A DNA stretch of 64,000 nucleotides from an uncultured Candidatus Rokubacteria bacterium (GTDB taxonomy: Bacteria; Methylomirabilota; Methylomirabilia; Rokubacteriales; CSP1-6): the NCBI GenBank assembly GCA_963762145.1, contig CAVXJS010000014.1, positions 416,001 to 480,000 of the forward strand, written 5' to 3'. Shown here one piece after another: positions 1 through 9,000 of the stretch. A program made the position numbers and the translations under genes. The notes below the pieces were generated by a model that was not told the origin of the DNA, did not search any database, and saw nothing but the letters and a program-made list of their open reading frames with translations. How positions within the stretch are numbered: position 1 is the first letter of the stretch; every line of letters starts with the position of its first letter.

Positions 1-115
1 GCTTCCACATCCGGCTGTGCATGACCACCTGGCACGGCGGCAGCAGGAACAGGTCGCGCGCGCCGCTGCCGGTCACCTGGTAGAAGATCCTCGCGTCGGG
101 CCGGTGCACGTACAT
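1..115 (-). CDS. Alpha/beta hydrolase, N-terminal part (runs off the window edge)
   Basis: Hand translation MYVHRPDARIFYQVTGSGARDLFLLPPCQVVMHSRMWK resembles an alpha/beta-fold hydrolase N-terminus; starts 8 nt after the ROK stop. Confidence 0.6.
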   Translation of the reverse strand, partial: MYVHRPDARIFYQVTGSGARDLFLLPPCQVVMHSRMWK

Positions 116-123
116 GGTCGCTC

Positions 124-1116
124 TCAGACCTCCCGGCCCAGTCGGGCCATCTCGTAGCGGACCAGGGCGGCGCCGCCCTGGACGGTGGTGCGCTTGTCGG
201 TCGGCACGAAGCGGACGGTGGTCGCGTCCAGGATCGAGGCGAGCGTTCGCCGCCGCGCCCGGTTCATGATGTCGTCGCGGAGGGGCGCCAGAGAGGCGGC
301 GACGCCGCCGGTGATCACGATCACCTCCGGATTCAGCAGGCTGGCCAGAGCGCCGATGCCCATCCCGACCGCCTCGCAGGCCTCGTCCACGAGCTCGCGG
401 GCGAGAGGATCGTCCTCGCCGGCCGCCGCCGAACACGCCTTCGCGGTGATCCGGCCCGCGTCCCCACCGGCCCGGGCGAGGACCGCGGAGTCCGGATATC
501 GCGTGAGTCGCTCCCGGACCCGCTCGGTCAGGAAGCCGCCTGCCACGTACGTGCCCAGGCACGCGACGCCTCCGCACACGCATCGCGGCCCGGTGAGATT
601 GACCGCGAGGTGCCCGATCTCTCCCGCCGCGCCGAAGTGACCCCGCACCAGCACACCGTCCGCGATGAACCCCGCGCCGATTCCGGTGCCGATCGCCACG
701 GTGACCAGCGACGAGGCGCCCTGTCCGGCGCCGAACATCCATTCGGCGAGCGCGAGGGCGTTCACGTCGTTGTCCACGAATACCTGGTGCCCGGTCCGGT
801 CCCCGATGGAGCTCCGCAGCGGGACGTTGCCGAGCTCGGGCAGCCAGGCACCCGGCAGCAGCGATCGCACGTATCCCTTCTCCACGTCGACCAGCCCGGG
901 GAGGCCGATTCCGATGCCGGCGACCCGGAGACCGCGCCGATCGGCCAGCGTCAGCATGTGCTCGACGAGCGACGTGATCGAGGCCACCGCATCGCTCCCG
1001 GCGGCGGACACCTGGGCGCTCGCGAGCACGCTGCCGTCGCCGGGCTGGACCAGCCCGGCCGAGATCGTCGAGGCGCCGACGTCCACGCCGATGACTGGAT
1101 CGGTCAGGGGTGCCAT
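124..1116 (-). CDS. ROK family sugar kinase (glucokinase-like)
   Basis: IGVDVG, GIGLPG, VDNDVN, GTGIG, AGEIGH and CxCGxxxCL motifs; ATG at 1116 with GGGAGA upstream. Confidence 0.9.
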   Translation of the reverse strand: MAPLTDPVIGVDVGASTISAGLVQPGDGSVLASAQVSAAGSDAVASITSLVEHMLTLADRRGLRVAGIGIGLPGLVDVEKGYVRSLLPGAWLPELGNVPLRSSIGDRTGHQVFVDNDVNALALAEWMFGAGQGASSLVTVAIGTGIGAGFIADGVLVRGHFGAAGEIGHLAVNLTGPRCVCGGVACLGTYVAGGFLTERVRERLTRYPDSAVLARAGGDAGRITAKACSAAAGEDDPLARELVDEACEAVGMGIGALASLLNPEVIVITGGVAASLAPLRDDIMNRARRRTLASILDATTVRFVPTDKRTTVQGGAALVRYEMARLGREV

Positions 1117-1130
1117 GCGATCTCCCAAAG

Positions 1131-1145
1131 GCAAGCAGTGTGCCA
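1131..1145 (-). promoter_or_regulatory. Putative sigma54 (-24/-12) promoter for the ROK operon
   Basis: Minus strand TGGCAC-ACTGC-TTGC matches TGGCAC-N5-TTGC, although it lies very close to the start codon. Confidence 0.55.
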
Positions 1146-1414
1146 GTGAAAAAACCGTGCGAAAGCGCACGGACTCGAGGGCGGAACGCAAGCTGGGCTT
1201 GCGGGCCCCGCGGCGGACGGCCGCAAGTCCGCGCCCCGGCGGAGCCGGCGACCCGCAAGGTGAGATTGCGGTCCCCGACGGCCACCGTGCAAGGTCGAGA
1301 TGCGCGTTCCTCTCCTGGTCATGTCTTCGGCCGCCCCGTCCTGGGGCGATCTCACAGAGAGTGCGGTGCCAAGTAGCCGAAATCAAGCGAGCGCCGAGAC
1401 GGCCGCGGGCGCGC

Positions 1415-1430
1415 GGGCACGGCGCTTGCT
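1415..1430 (+). promoter_or_regulatory. Putative sigma54 promoter for the cupin/hydrolase/methyltransferase genes
   Basis: GGGCAC-GGCGC-TTGCT about 46 nt upstream of the ATG at 1477. Confidence 0.55.
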
Positions 1431-1476
1431 CGACGACGCGGTCGATCGACACCACCCGTCACGAGGAGGATCGGCC

Positions 1477-1943
1477 ATGTTTCGACTCGATACCCGCGGT
1501 TCTGATGCTCATCACGCTCGTCGCCGTGCCCGTGCGCGCCCAACACCAGCATGCTCACAGCGTCGTGATGCCCGAGACGCTCAAGTGGGTGGACCCGCCG
1601 GTCCTGCCCGGCGCCAAGCTCGCGGTCGTCCAGGGCGACCCGAGCAAGGAAGGGCTGTTCGTCTACCGCATCAAGATGCCGGCCGCGTACAAGATCCCTC
1701 CCCACGTCCACAAGGCGAGCGAGAACGTCACCGTGCTGACCGGGTCGTTCTTCATCGGGGTCGGGGAGAAGTTCGACACGAAGGCCGGTGTGGAGCTGCC
1801 GGTGGGCGGGTTCGTGTCGATCCCGCCGAGCCATCCGCACTTCGCGTGGGCGGGCGACCAGGAAACCGTCGTGCAGGTGCACGGCTTTGGGCCCACCGAC
1901 CTCGTGTTCGTCAATCCCGGCGGACGACCCCAGAAAGAAGTAG
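1477..1943 (+). CDS. Secreted cupin-domain protein (DUF4437-like), with apparent frameshifts at both ends
   Basis: GAGGAGG RBS then ATG 1477; signal peptide; GDPSKEG, PPHVH and HPHFAW cupin motifs; correcting single-base indels restores MFRLIPAVL... and ...NPADDPRKK*. Confidence 0.8.
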
Positions 1944-1953
1944 GCGCCCCACC

Positions 1954-2760
1954 ATGACCCCCGGTCAGGCGTTCTACCGTGAGGCCGGTCGCGGCCCCGC
2001 GGTGGTGTGCATCCACGCGAGCGCGAGCTCCTCGTCGCAATGGCGGCTGCTCGACCGAGCGCCTGGCCGGCCGCTTTCGCGTGCTCGCGGCGGACCTGTA
2101 CGGCGCCGGCAAGAGCCCGGCGTGGCCGGGGGCGCGGCCCCTGTCGCTCGCCGACGAGGTCGCCCTGCTCGGCCGGTGCTCGCGGCGGCGGGTGAGCCGT
2201 TCCACCTCGTGGGCCACTCCTACGGCGGCGCGGTGGCCCTCGCGGCGGCACTCGCCGAGCCGGGCGGGTCGCGTCCCTCGTCCTGTTCGAGCCGGTGCTG
2301 TTCTCGCTGCTGATCGCCGAGGATCCGACCCAGCCGGCGGCGCGCGAGATCATCGCGGTGCGCGACGAGACCAACGCCGCGCTCGAGCGCGGCGACCCGC
2401 ACGCGGCCGGAGCCCGCTTCGTGGACTACTGGATGGGACCGGGCGCCTGGGCGGCGCATGCCGGACCGCGCCGGCGACGGCCTCGCCGCCGCGATGGGCA
2501 AGGTGAAGGCGGAGTGGGAGGCGGCATTCCGACGAGCCGGCGCCACTGGCGGCCTTCGCGGCGCTCGAGATGCCGGTCCTCTATCTCGCCGGCTCGGAAT
2601 CTCCCGCCTCCGCCCGCGGAGTCGCCCGGCTGCTCGCGCAGGCCTTGCCGCGCGTGACCGCGGTCGAGATCGAGGGCGTGGGCCACATGGGCCCGATCAC
2701 CCATCCGGATCGGATCAACGCGCTGATCGAGCGCCATCTCGAGGAAGCGGCCCCGGCTGA
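1954..2760 (+). CDS. Alpha/beta hydrolase split by several frameshifts
   Basis: Pieces in different frames: CIHASASSSSQW, ADLYGAG, GHSYGG nucleophile elbow, GVGHMGP catalytic His. Confidence 0.8.
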
Positions 2761-2834
2761 CCCCGCCGGGGCTCGACGGCGGCCCGGGCAGGACCGAACC
2801 ATCACATGGGCGTATCGCCCGAAGGAGGATCGAC

Positions 2835-3897
2835 ATGTCACCCGAGCAGGTAACCCTGGATCCCAGAGAAGGTGGAAGAGTTCCTCGGCAAGGCCATTCA
2901 GGACGTCGCGGCCACGTTCCATGCCGGCCTCGTGCTCATCGGCGACAAGCTCGGCCTGTACCGCGCGATGGCCGGGGCCGGCCCGCTGATTCCCGCCGAG
3001 CTCGCCCAGCGCACCGGCACGCGCGAGCGGTACGTGCGCGAGTGGCTGTCCTCGCAGGCGGCCGGCGGCTACGTCACCTACGATCCGGCGACCGGCCGCT
3101 TCACGCTGCCCCCGGAGCAGGCCTTCCTGCTGCTCGACGCGGATCTGCCCGGCGCGTTCCAGCTCAGCGTGGGCTCGGTGCGCGACGAGCCGCGGATCGC
3201 GGATGCCTTCCGCACCGGCGAGGGCGTGGGCTGGCACGAGCACGACGCCGGCGTGTACGAGGGATGCGAGCGTTTCTTCCGTCCGGGCTACGCCATGAAT
3301 CTCGTCAGTCAGTGGATTCCCGCCCTCGACGGCGTGAAGGCCCGGCTCGAGGCGGGCGGCCGGGTGGCCGACGTGGGCTGCGGCCACGGCGCTTCGACCA
3401 TCATCATGGCGCAGGCGTACCCGCGCGCGACGGTCACCGGGTTCGACTACCACACCGCTTCCATCGAGGCCGCGCGGCGCGCCGCCGACAAGGCCGGAGT
3501 GGGCGACCGGGTGTCCTTCGAGGTGGCGCCCGCGAAGGCGTACCCGGGAAGCGGCTACGATCTGGTCACCTTCTTCGACTGCCTGCACGACATGGGCGAC
3601 CCGGTGGGGGCGGCGCGCCACGTGCACAAGTCGCTCGGCCCAGGAGGCGCGTGGATGCTGGTCGAGCCGTTCGCCAACGACCGGCTCGAGGACAACCTCA
3701 ACCCGGTCGGTCGGCTGTACTACTCGGCGTCGACCTTGCTCTGCACGCCGGCGTCGCTCAGCCAGGAAGTGGGCCTGGCGCTGGGAGCCCAGGCCGGAGA
3801 GCAGCGCCTGCGCGGGGTGCTGAACGAGGCGGGCTTCACGCGCGTGCGGCGGGTGGCGCAGACCCCGGCCAACATGGTCCTCGAGGCCCGGGCCTGA
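2835..3897 (+). CDS. Class I SAM-dependent methyltransferase with N-terminal winged helix (frameshift near the start)
   Basis: AAGGAGG RBS before ATG 2835; GDKLGLY, ERYVREWL, DVGCGHG and FDCLHD motifs. Confidence 0.9.
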
Positions 3898-3915
3898 CGG
3901 CTTGAGCCCGAGTGT

Positions 3916-3931
3916 AGAGAGAGAGAGAGAG
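3916..3931 (+). repeat. (AG)8 dinucleotide microsatellite abutting the RBS
   Basis: agagagagagagagag runs directly into AGGAG before ATG 3941. Confidence 0.85.
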
Positions 3932-3940
3932 GAGCCCATC

Positions 3941-4327
3941 ATGCGCATATCCAAGGGTCAGATTCCCGCCAAGATCAATGTCCCCGGCGCGGTCGCGCGT
4001 GTAGCCACCGACTTCGGTGACGCAACCGGCTTCGGCAAGCTGGGAGGCGAGTACTTCTCTCTCGGCGCCGGCACCGACATCGCACCGCTGTTGAAGGGGC
4101 TCAAGGACGATGCCTGCCACGCGCCGCACTGGGGTTACATGCTCTCCGGAGAGCTCGTGGTCACGTACACGGACGGCAAGGTCGACGCGTGCAAGGAGAG
4201 CGACCTGTTCTACTGGCCGCCCGGTCATAGCGTGCGGGTGATCAACGATTCCGAGGTCATCCTGTTCAGCCCGCAGCGTGAGCACGTCCACGTCATGGAC
4301 CACATGCTGAACGCGATGAAAAGCTGA
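3941..4327 (+). CDS. Cupin-domain protein
   Basis: CHAPHWGYMLSG...FYWPPGH cupin motifs; AGGAG RBS. Confidence 0.85.
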   Translation: MRISKGQIPAKINVPGAVARVATDFGDATGFGKLGGEYFSLGAGTDIAPLLKGLKDDACHAPHWGYMLSGELVVTYTDGKVDACKESDLFYWPPGHSVRVINDSEVILFSPQREHVHVMDHMLNAMKS

Positions 4328-4346
4328 GGGCCGGATCCGCGAGGGA

Positions 4347-4393
4347 GGGTCAGGTCTTACATTCCGACATTGTCGGAATGTAAGACCTGACCC
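4347..4393. repeat. Perfect 23-bp inverted repeat, REP-like family A
   Basis: GGGTCAGGTCTTACATTCCGACA-T-TGTCGGAATGTAAGACCTGACCC between convergent genes; partial second copy at 14609-14640. Confidence 0.9.
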
Positions 4394-4396
4394 CGT

Positions 4397-5539
4397 CTAC
4401 TTGATCAGGCCGTAGAAGCGGCCCGCGTTCTCGCACGTCATCTTGTGCATGACGTCGGCGGGCAGGTGGCCGAACTGCTCGGCGATGTACTTGGAGGAGT
4501 CGGGCCACACGCCGTCGCCGTGCGGGTAGTCGGAGCCCCACATGAGCGTCTCCACGCCCATGTCGTCGATCAGCTTGGTGCCGATCCGGTCGAACTGGAA
4601 CGTGGCCTTGCACTGCCGCCGCCAGTAGTCGCTCGGCTTCATCTTGAGCCCGAGATCGGTGAAGCGATCCTCCCACTCGAAGTCCATGCGGTCGAGGGCG
4701 TAGGGTACCCAGCCGATGCCGCTCTCCCCGAAGGCGATGCGCACGTTGGGATAACGCTCGAGCACCGCGGCCCCGATGATCGCGGCCAGGATGTTGACCA
4801 GATTCATCTGGAACGCGGAGACCACCGTGAAGAAGGCGGCGCGCCGCGTGAGGCCGGTCTGCTTCTCCAGCACCGAGGGCGGCAGCGCCGGGAAGGTGTG
4901 GAAGTGCAGCGGCAGGTTGACGTCGTTGACCGCTTTCCAGAGCGGCTCCCACGACGGATGCCACATCGGCTCCATGTCCCACGAGCACGAGAGCTCCATG
5001 CCGCGCAGGCCCAGCTTGGCCACCCGGTAGACCTCCTGCACCGCCGCGTCGATGTCGCCGTACGGCAGGCAGGCCAGGCCGATGAACCGGTCCGGGTCGT
5101 GGCCGCAGAAGTCCACGAGCCAGTCGTTGTAGATGTGGAACATCTCGGTGGCGGCCTCGTGGTCGTTCAAGCGGGTGGCCGCGCCGAGGATGCCGTAGAT
5201 GACCTCGGCCTGCACGCCGTCGCGGTCCATGTCCTTCGCGCGCCGCACCGGATCCGTCGGACGGGCGATCCCCTTCTTGCCGTCATCGTAGAGACCGGTC
5301 GCCGCCATGACGTCGACGCGGTGATGCTTGCCGGCCTCGTACTTGGACCCGGCCGGGCCCACGCCGCCCCAGAGGCCGAAGTTGGTGCCGTTCCGCGCGG
5401 TCCAGAACGGGCCGTCGGGGCCGTCCTTCACGAAGGGCATGCGGTCCTTGAGCGCCGCCGAGGCATTTCCGGTGAACAGATCGCGTGGGATCCAGGGCAG
5501 GTCGATGTGGCAGTCGGCGGAGATCCGTTGGTAGCGCAT
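4397..5539 (-). CDS. Amidohydrolase family protein (amidohydro_2)
   Basis: ISADCH, YNDWL, LHFH, GESGIGW and WGSDYPH motifs. Confidence 0.9.
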   Translation of the reverse strand: MRYQRISADCHIDLPWIPRDLFTGNASAALKDRMPFVKDGPDGPFWTARNGTNFGLWGGVGPAGSKYEAGKHHRVDVMAATGLYDDGKKGIARPTDPVRRAKDMDRDGVQAEVIYGILGAATRLNDHEAATEMFHIYNDWLVDFCGHDPDRFIGLACLPYGDIDAAVQEVYRVAKLGLRGMELSCSWDMEPMWHPSWEPLWKAVNDVNLPLHFHTFPALPPSVLEKQTGLTRRAAFFTVVSAFQMNLVNILAAIIGAAVLERYPNVRIAFGESGIGWVPYALDRMDFEWEDRFTDLGLKMKPSDYWRRQCKATFQFDRIGTKLIDDMGVETLMWGSDYPHGDGVWPDSSKYIAEQFGHLPADVMHKMTCENAGRFYGLIK

Positions 5540-5672
5540 GACGCCCCCTTTGGCCGGTACCGGGTCACTGCGTGCGTGTGGACAGAGCCTAGCTACCGGC
5601 GGGGCCCGCGTCAAGCCATGCGGCCGCGCCTTGACTCCGGGGCTCCGGACGCGGCACCATGCCCGGGCCGCC

Positions 5673-6863
5673 ATGCTCCAGGGTATCCGCGTCCTCGACC
5701 TCTCCCGCGTCATCGCGGGCCCCTACTGCGCGGCCATGCTGGGCGACCTGGGCGCCGACGTCATCAAGCTGGAGCGGCCGGGCCGCGGCGACGACCTGCG
5801 CGCCCTGCGCGGCGATGGCCGGATGAGCGCGTCGTTCGCGGCGGTCAACCGCAACAAGCGCGGGATCGCGGTCGATTTGCAAAGGCCGGAGGGCGCCCGC
5901 CTCGCCTTCGACCTGGCCCGCCGCGCGGACGTGGTCATCGAGAACTTCCTGCCCGGCGTGGCCGAGAAGCTCGGCGTGGGCTACGCGGCGGTCCGCGCGG
6001 CAATCCCTCGGTGGTCTACGCCTCGGTGACCGGCTTCGGCCAGACCGGCCCGCTCGCACGCAAGCCCGGCTACAACACGATCGCGCAGGGCATGAGCGGC
6101 CTCATGGCGCTCACCGGCATGCCGGGCGATCCGCCGACGCGGGTGGGCGGATCGGTCTCCGACGTGGCCGCGTCCTACATGACCTTCGGCATGGTCAACG
6201 CCGCGCTCGTGCATCGCTTCCGCACCGGGGAAGGCCAGCACGTGGACGTGAGCCTGGTGTCCGCGAGCCTGGGACTCCTGCCGGATCCGGTCGCGATCTT
6301 CTTCGCCACGGGCGAGCGGCCGAAGCGCGCGGGCAACCGCAACCTGAACCTCTCGCCCGCGGAAGCCTTCCAGGCCAAGGACGGCTTCGTCAACGTGGTG
6401 CTGCTGAACGCCGAGCAGTGGGGCCGGTTCTGCCAGGCGCTCGGCGACAAGGCCATGGAGACCGACCCGCGCTTCGCCGACAATCCCGGCCCGGCTGGCC
6501 AATCATGCCGCCTTCAAGGCGCGGGTGGAGGCCATCCTCGGCACCGGCTCCGTGACCGACTGGGTCGCGCGCCTCGAGGCGGGAGGCATCGCGGCCGGGC
6601 CCATCTACGAGTTCCACGAGGTCTTCGAGGATCCGCAGGTGCGTCACCAGGGGCTCGTGGCCGAGGTGGAGCAACCCGGCGCGGGCAAGGTGAAGATGCT
6701 CACGTTCCCGGGCCGCGCCTCCGGCACCCCGCCGCGCATCGATCGCCCCGCGCCGCTGCTCGGCCAGCACACCGCCGAGGTACTCGGCGAGCTCGGGCTC
6801 GCGCGCGAGGAGATCGATCGCCTCGCCGCCGCGGGCGTCATCGTGCTCGGCGACCAGCCCTAG
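5673..6863 (+). CDS. CaiB/BaiF family III CoA transferase (two apparent frameshifts, near 6000 and 6487)
   Basis: LQGIRVLDLSRVIAGP, LGADVIKLE, NRNKR, ENFLPG, GFGQTGP and APLLGQHT spread over three frames. Confidence 0.9.
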
Positions 6864-6964
6864 CCAATCTCGTTAGACGCGGCCGCCCGGCCGCGCGCTT
6901 ACACGCCACGAAAGGAATATTCGCGCCGGCGTCCCTCGTCTTATCGGGCGAGGAGGACACCGTC

Positions 6965-7144
6965 ATGCGACTGTTCTGGATTCCACTGGCCGCGCTGCTG
7001 CTGGCCGGTTGCGCCATAGTACCGCTCGCCCCGTACGCGTACGCGCCGCCGCCTCCGCGGCCGCGCGTCATCTACCGCTACCCGGCTTACCCGGCTTATC
7101 CGTACTGGAACGCGCCGCGCTACTACGACCGCGGCCGCTGGTAG
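6965..7144 (+). CDS. Small Pro/Tyr-rich lipoprotein (59 aa)
   Basis: GAGGAGG RBS; MRLFWIPLAALLLAGC lipobox followed by PPPP and YPAY repeats. Confidence 0.8.
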   Translation: MRLFWIPLAALLLAGCAIVPLAPYAYAPPPPRPRVIYRYPAYPAYPYWNAPRYYDRGRW

Positions 7145-7344
7145 CTAGTATCCTCGGCGGGTGCGCCGCCCACTGGCCGGCTTCCGCTGGCTGCTTCCGC
7201 TCCTCGGAGGCCTGGCGGTGCTGGCGGCGCCCTCGGAGACGGCACGGCCGCTTGGCCGTCGCGAATCACCAACCGGCGTAGCGCAAGGGTCGTGCCGGGT
7301 ACTGACCTTCCGAGCGGAAGAAGGTTCGCCGGAATCGTCGAGAC

Positions 7345-8646
7345 TCACGCCCGGAAGGAAGGGGTGGTGAGCTTGTCGCCCCAGCTTGCCGGGTCCGCGC
7401 CCATGCGTTCGCCCAGATCGGCCAGATTGTTCATGGTCTCCTTGACGAACACTCCGGGTGCCGGCGGGAACCAGTCGCCGGGAATCGACACGAGGCGAAT
7501 TTCCACGTCGGCATTGCGCTTGAGTCGAGCGATCTCCGCGAGCGCGACGAGATGCTTCACCGCGGTGGCCGTGGACGCGCGCGTTGCCGTCTCCAGGCTT
7601 CGTTGAACGACCGCGAGCCACTTCGGCGGCGTCACGTCGGGCACCGGGCGGAACTGATTGTTGAAAATGATCCAGAATCGGATCGCGGGGATCGGAACGC
7701 CTGGATAGGTCCGCTGCCAGACGGCCGGCAGGGCATCCTCCTCTTCGGCCCGTCCGCCATAGAGGATGTTCCCCGTCACGCCGCCATCCACGTAGAGCTC
7801 GTGGTCGATGATCCGGAACGGGAACGCGCCGGGGATGCCCGCCGAGGCCAACATGATGCTGTGAAGACGTTCGAGCTCGCCCGAGTCGGCGGCGCGCTGC
7901 GCTTCCTCGACCAGGTCGAACACACGCGGTCCGGCGTCGTCGAGGTTGGTCGCGTTCACCACCAACATTCGACCGTCCGCGCCCTCCTTCGCAATTCTGC
8001 GCACCATGTCCACCGTGATGTGCCGGCGCATCTCGCGCTCCAGCCCGGGCACCTCCGCGAACGAGATGTTGTCAGGTAGGAAATAGAGCATCCCACGCGG
8101 CTTCACCCAGTCCGCCCCTGGGTTGCGGTAGAGGTTCACGATCTGGTCGAGCGCCGGCTCGTCCCCCAGAAAGGCGAACGGCGCGATCAGGGTGCCGGTG
8201 CTCACCCCGGTCACGATGTCGAACTCGGGCTTGGCGAGTGGGTGCTGGGCAGGCACCTTATGCCACCCCTTGAGAAACCCCGCCCCGAACGCTCCCCAGT
8301 CCCCTCCGCCCGAGACGATCAGGACGTCGAGCACCGGCGGTTCCTTCTGTGCGCCCGCGGTGTACCGGTCGTACTCGGCCTTGATGCGTTCGAGCAGCCG
8401 AACGAGCACTCGGCGGTGCGCGCTCGTATTCCGTTCGGCCTCGGCGCGGCGCAGGTTCAGGAGATCCGGCCGGGCTACGGACGCACGTCTGGGAGAGGGA
8501 CCATAGCCGGCGAGCGCGAGGCCTCCGGCGAGTGCTGATGACCCTACCCGTGCGAGCGCACGACGATAGGCCACCACGCCGAGCGCGGCGGCAAGGAGAA
8601 GAACCACAGGCGTTCTCGTTCGCATGGAGCCACCTCTATTTCGCAT
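7345..8646 (-). CDS. Patatin-like phospholipase
   Basis: SGGGDWG, GVSTG, ASAGIPG and DGG motifs; N-terminal hydrophobic segment; start may be 8625. Confidence 0.9.
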   Translation of the reverse strand: MRNRGGSMRTRTPVVLLLAAALGVVAYRRALARVGSSALAGGLALAGYGPSPRRASVARPDLLNLRRAEAERNTSAHRRVLVRLLERIKAEYDRYTAGAQKEPPVLDVLIVSGGGDWGAFGAGFLKGWHKVPAQHPLAKPEFDIVTGVSTGTLIAPFAFLGDEPALDQIVNLYRNPGADWVKPRGMLYFLPDNISFAEVPGLEREMRRHITVDMVRRIAKEGADGRMLVVNATNLDDAGPRVFDLVEEAQRAADSGELERLHSIMLASAGIPGAFPFRIIDHELYVDGGVTGNILYGGRAEEEDALPAVWQRTYPGVPIPAIRFWIIFNNQFRPVPDVTPPKWLAVVQRSLETATRASTATAVKHLVALAEIARLKRNADVEIRLVSIPGDWFPPAPGVFVKETMNNLADLGERMGADPASWGDKLTTPSFRA

Positions 8647-8783
8647 GAGCCACGTCTGTGAAGAAGAGACCGAGCGGCAAGAGGAACGTCGTCAGGCGAC
8701 AAGCGAGGTGCGTTGCGCAAGGCGTCCCTCGAGTAACGTCGCCCCTAGCCCTCTCTCTGTAGGACAGGCGGGCACCCTCAGCA

Positions 8784-8801
8784 ATAGGACTTTAGTCCCA
8801 T
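8784..8801. promoter_or_regulatory. Palindromic NarL/DosR-type operator
   Basis: ATAGGACTTTAGTCCCAT closely matches the DosR consensus core GGGACTWWAGTCCC. Confidence 0.5.
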
Positions 8802-8926
8802 GGCCACTCCCCCTTCGGCTTCGGCCTCCTGATGACTGTCCTCGCCACGGGTCGTGGTGCGGGCGGTGGCGATCCCCTACTGGACAATGATCGGAGACCC
8901 GCTGACCACAAGCCGATGAGCCGGCG

Positions 8927-9000
8927 CGTTCGAGCGCGGGCTTCGCCCGCGCAATCTGTTTCTGGGGGAGGTTCGGAAGGGGGCGTAGCCCCCCTCCGAG
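8927..9000 (+). repeat. Two-hairpin dispersed repeat, family B, copy 1
   Basis: CGTTCGAGCGC..GCGCAATC..GGGGGAGG.TCGGAAGGGGGC..GCCCCCCTCCGA; inverted copy at 62243-62321. Confidence 0.8.

Noticed and set aside
1477-6863. Multiple frameshifts in the cupin, hydrolase, methyltransferase and CoA transferase genes (also near 29972), suggesting pseudogenes or programmed frameshifting
   Set aside because: They are single-base indels, mostly in short G/C runs, clustered in unrelated genes with intact motifs and no nonsense decay. Long-read or low-coverage error is the simplest explanation; a read pileup would settle it.
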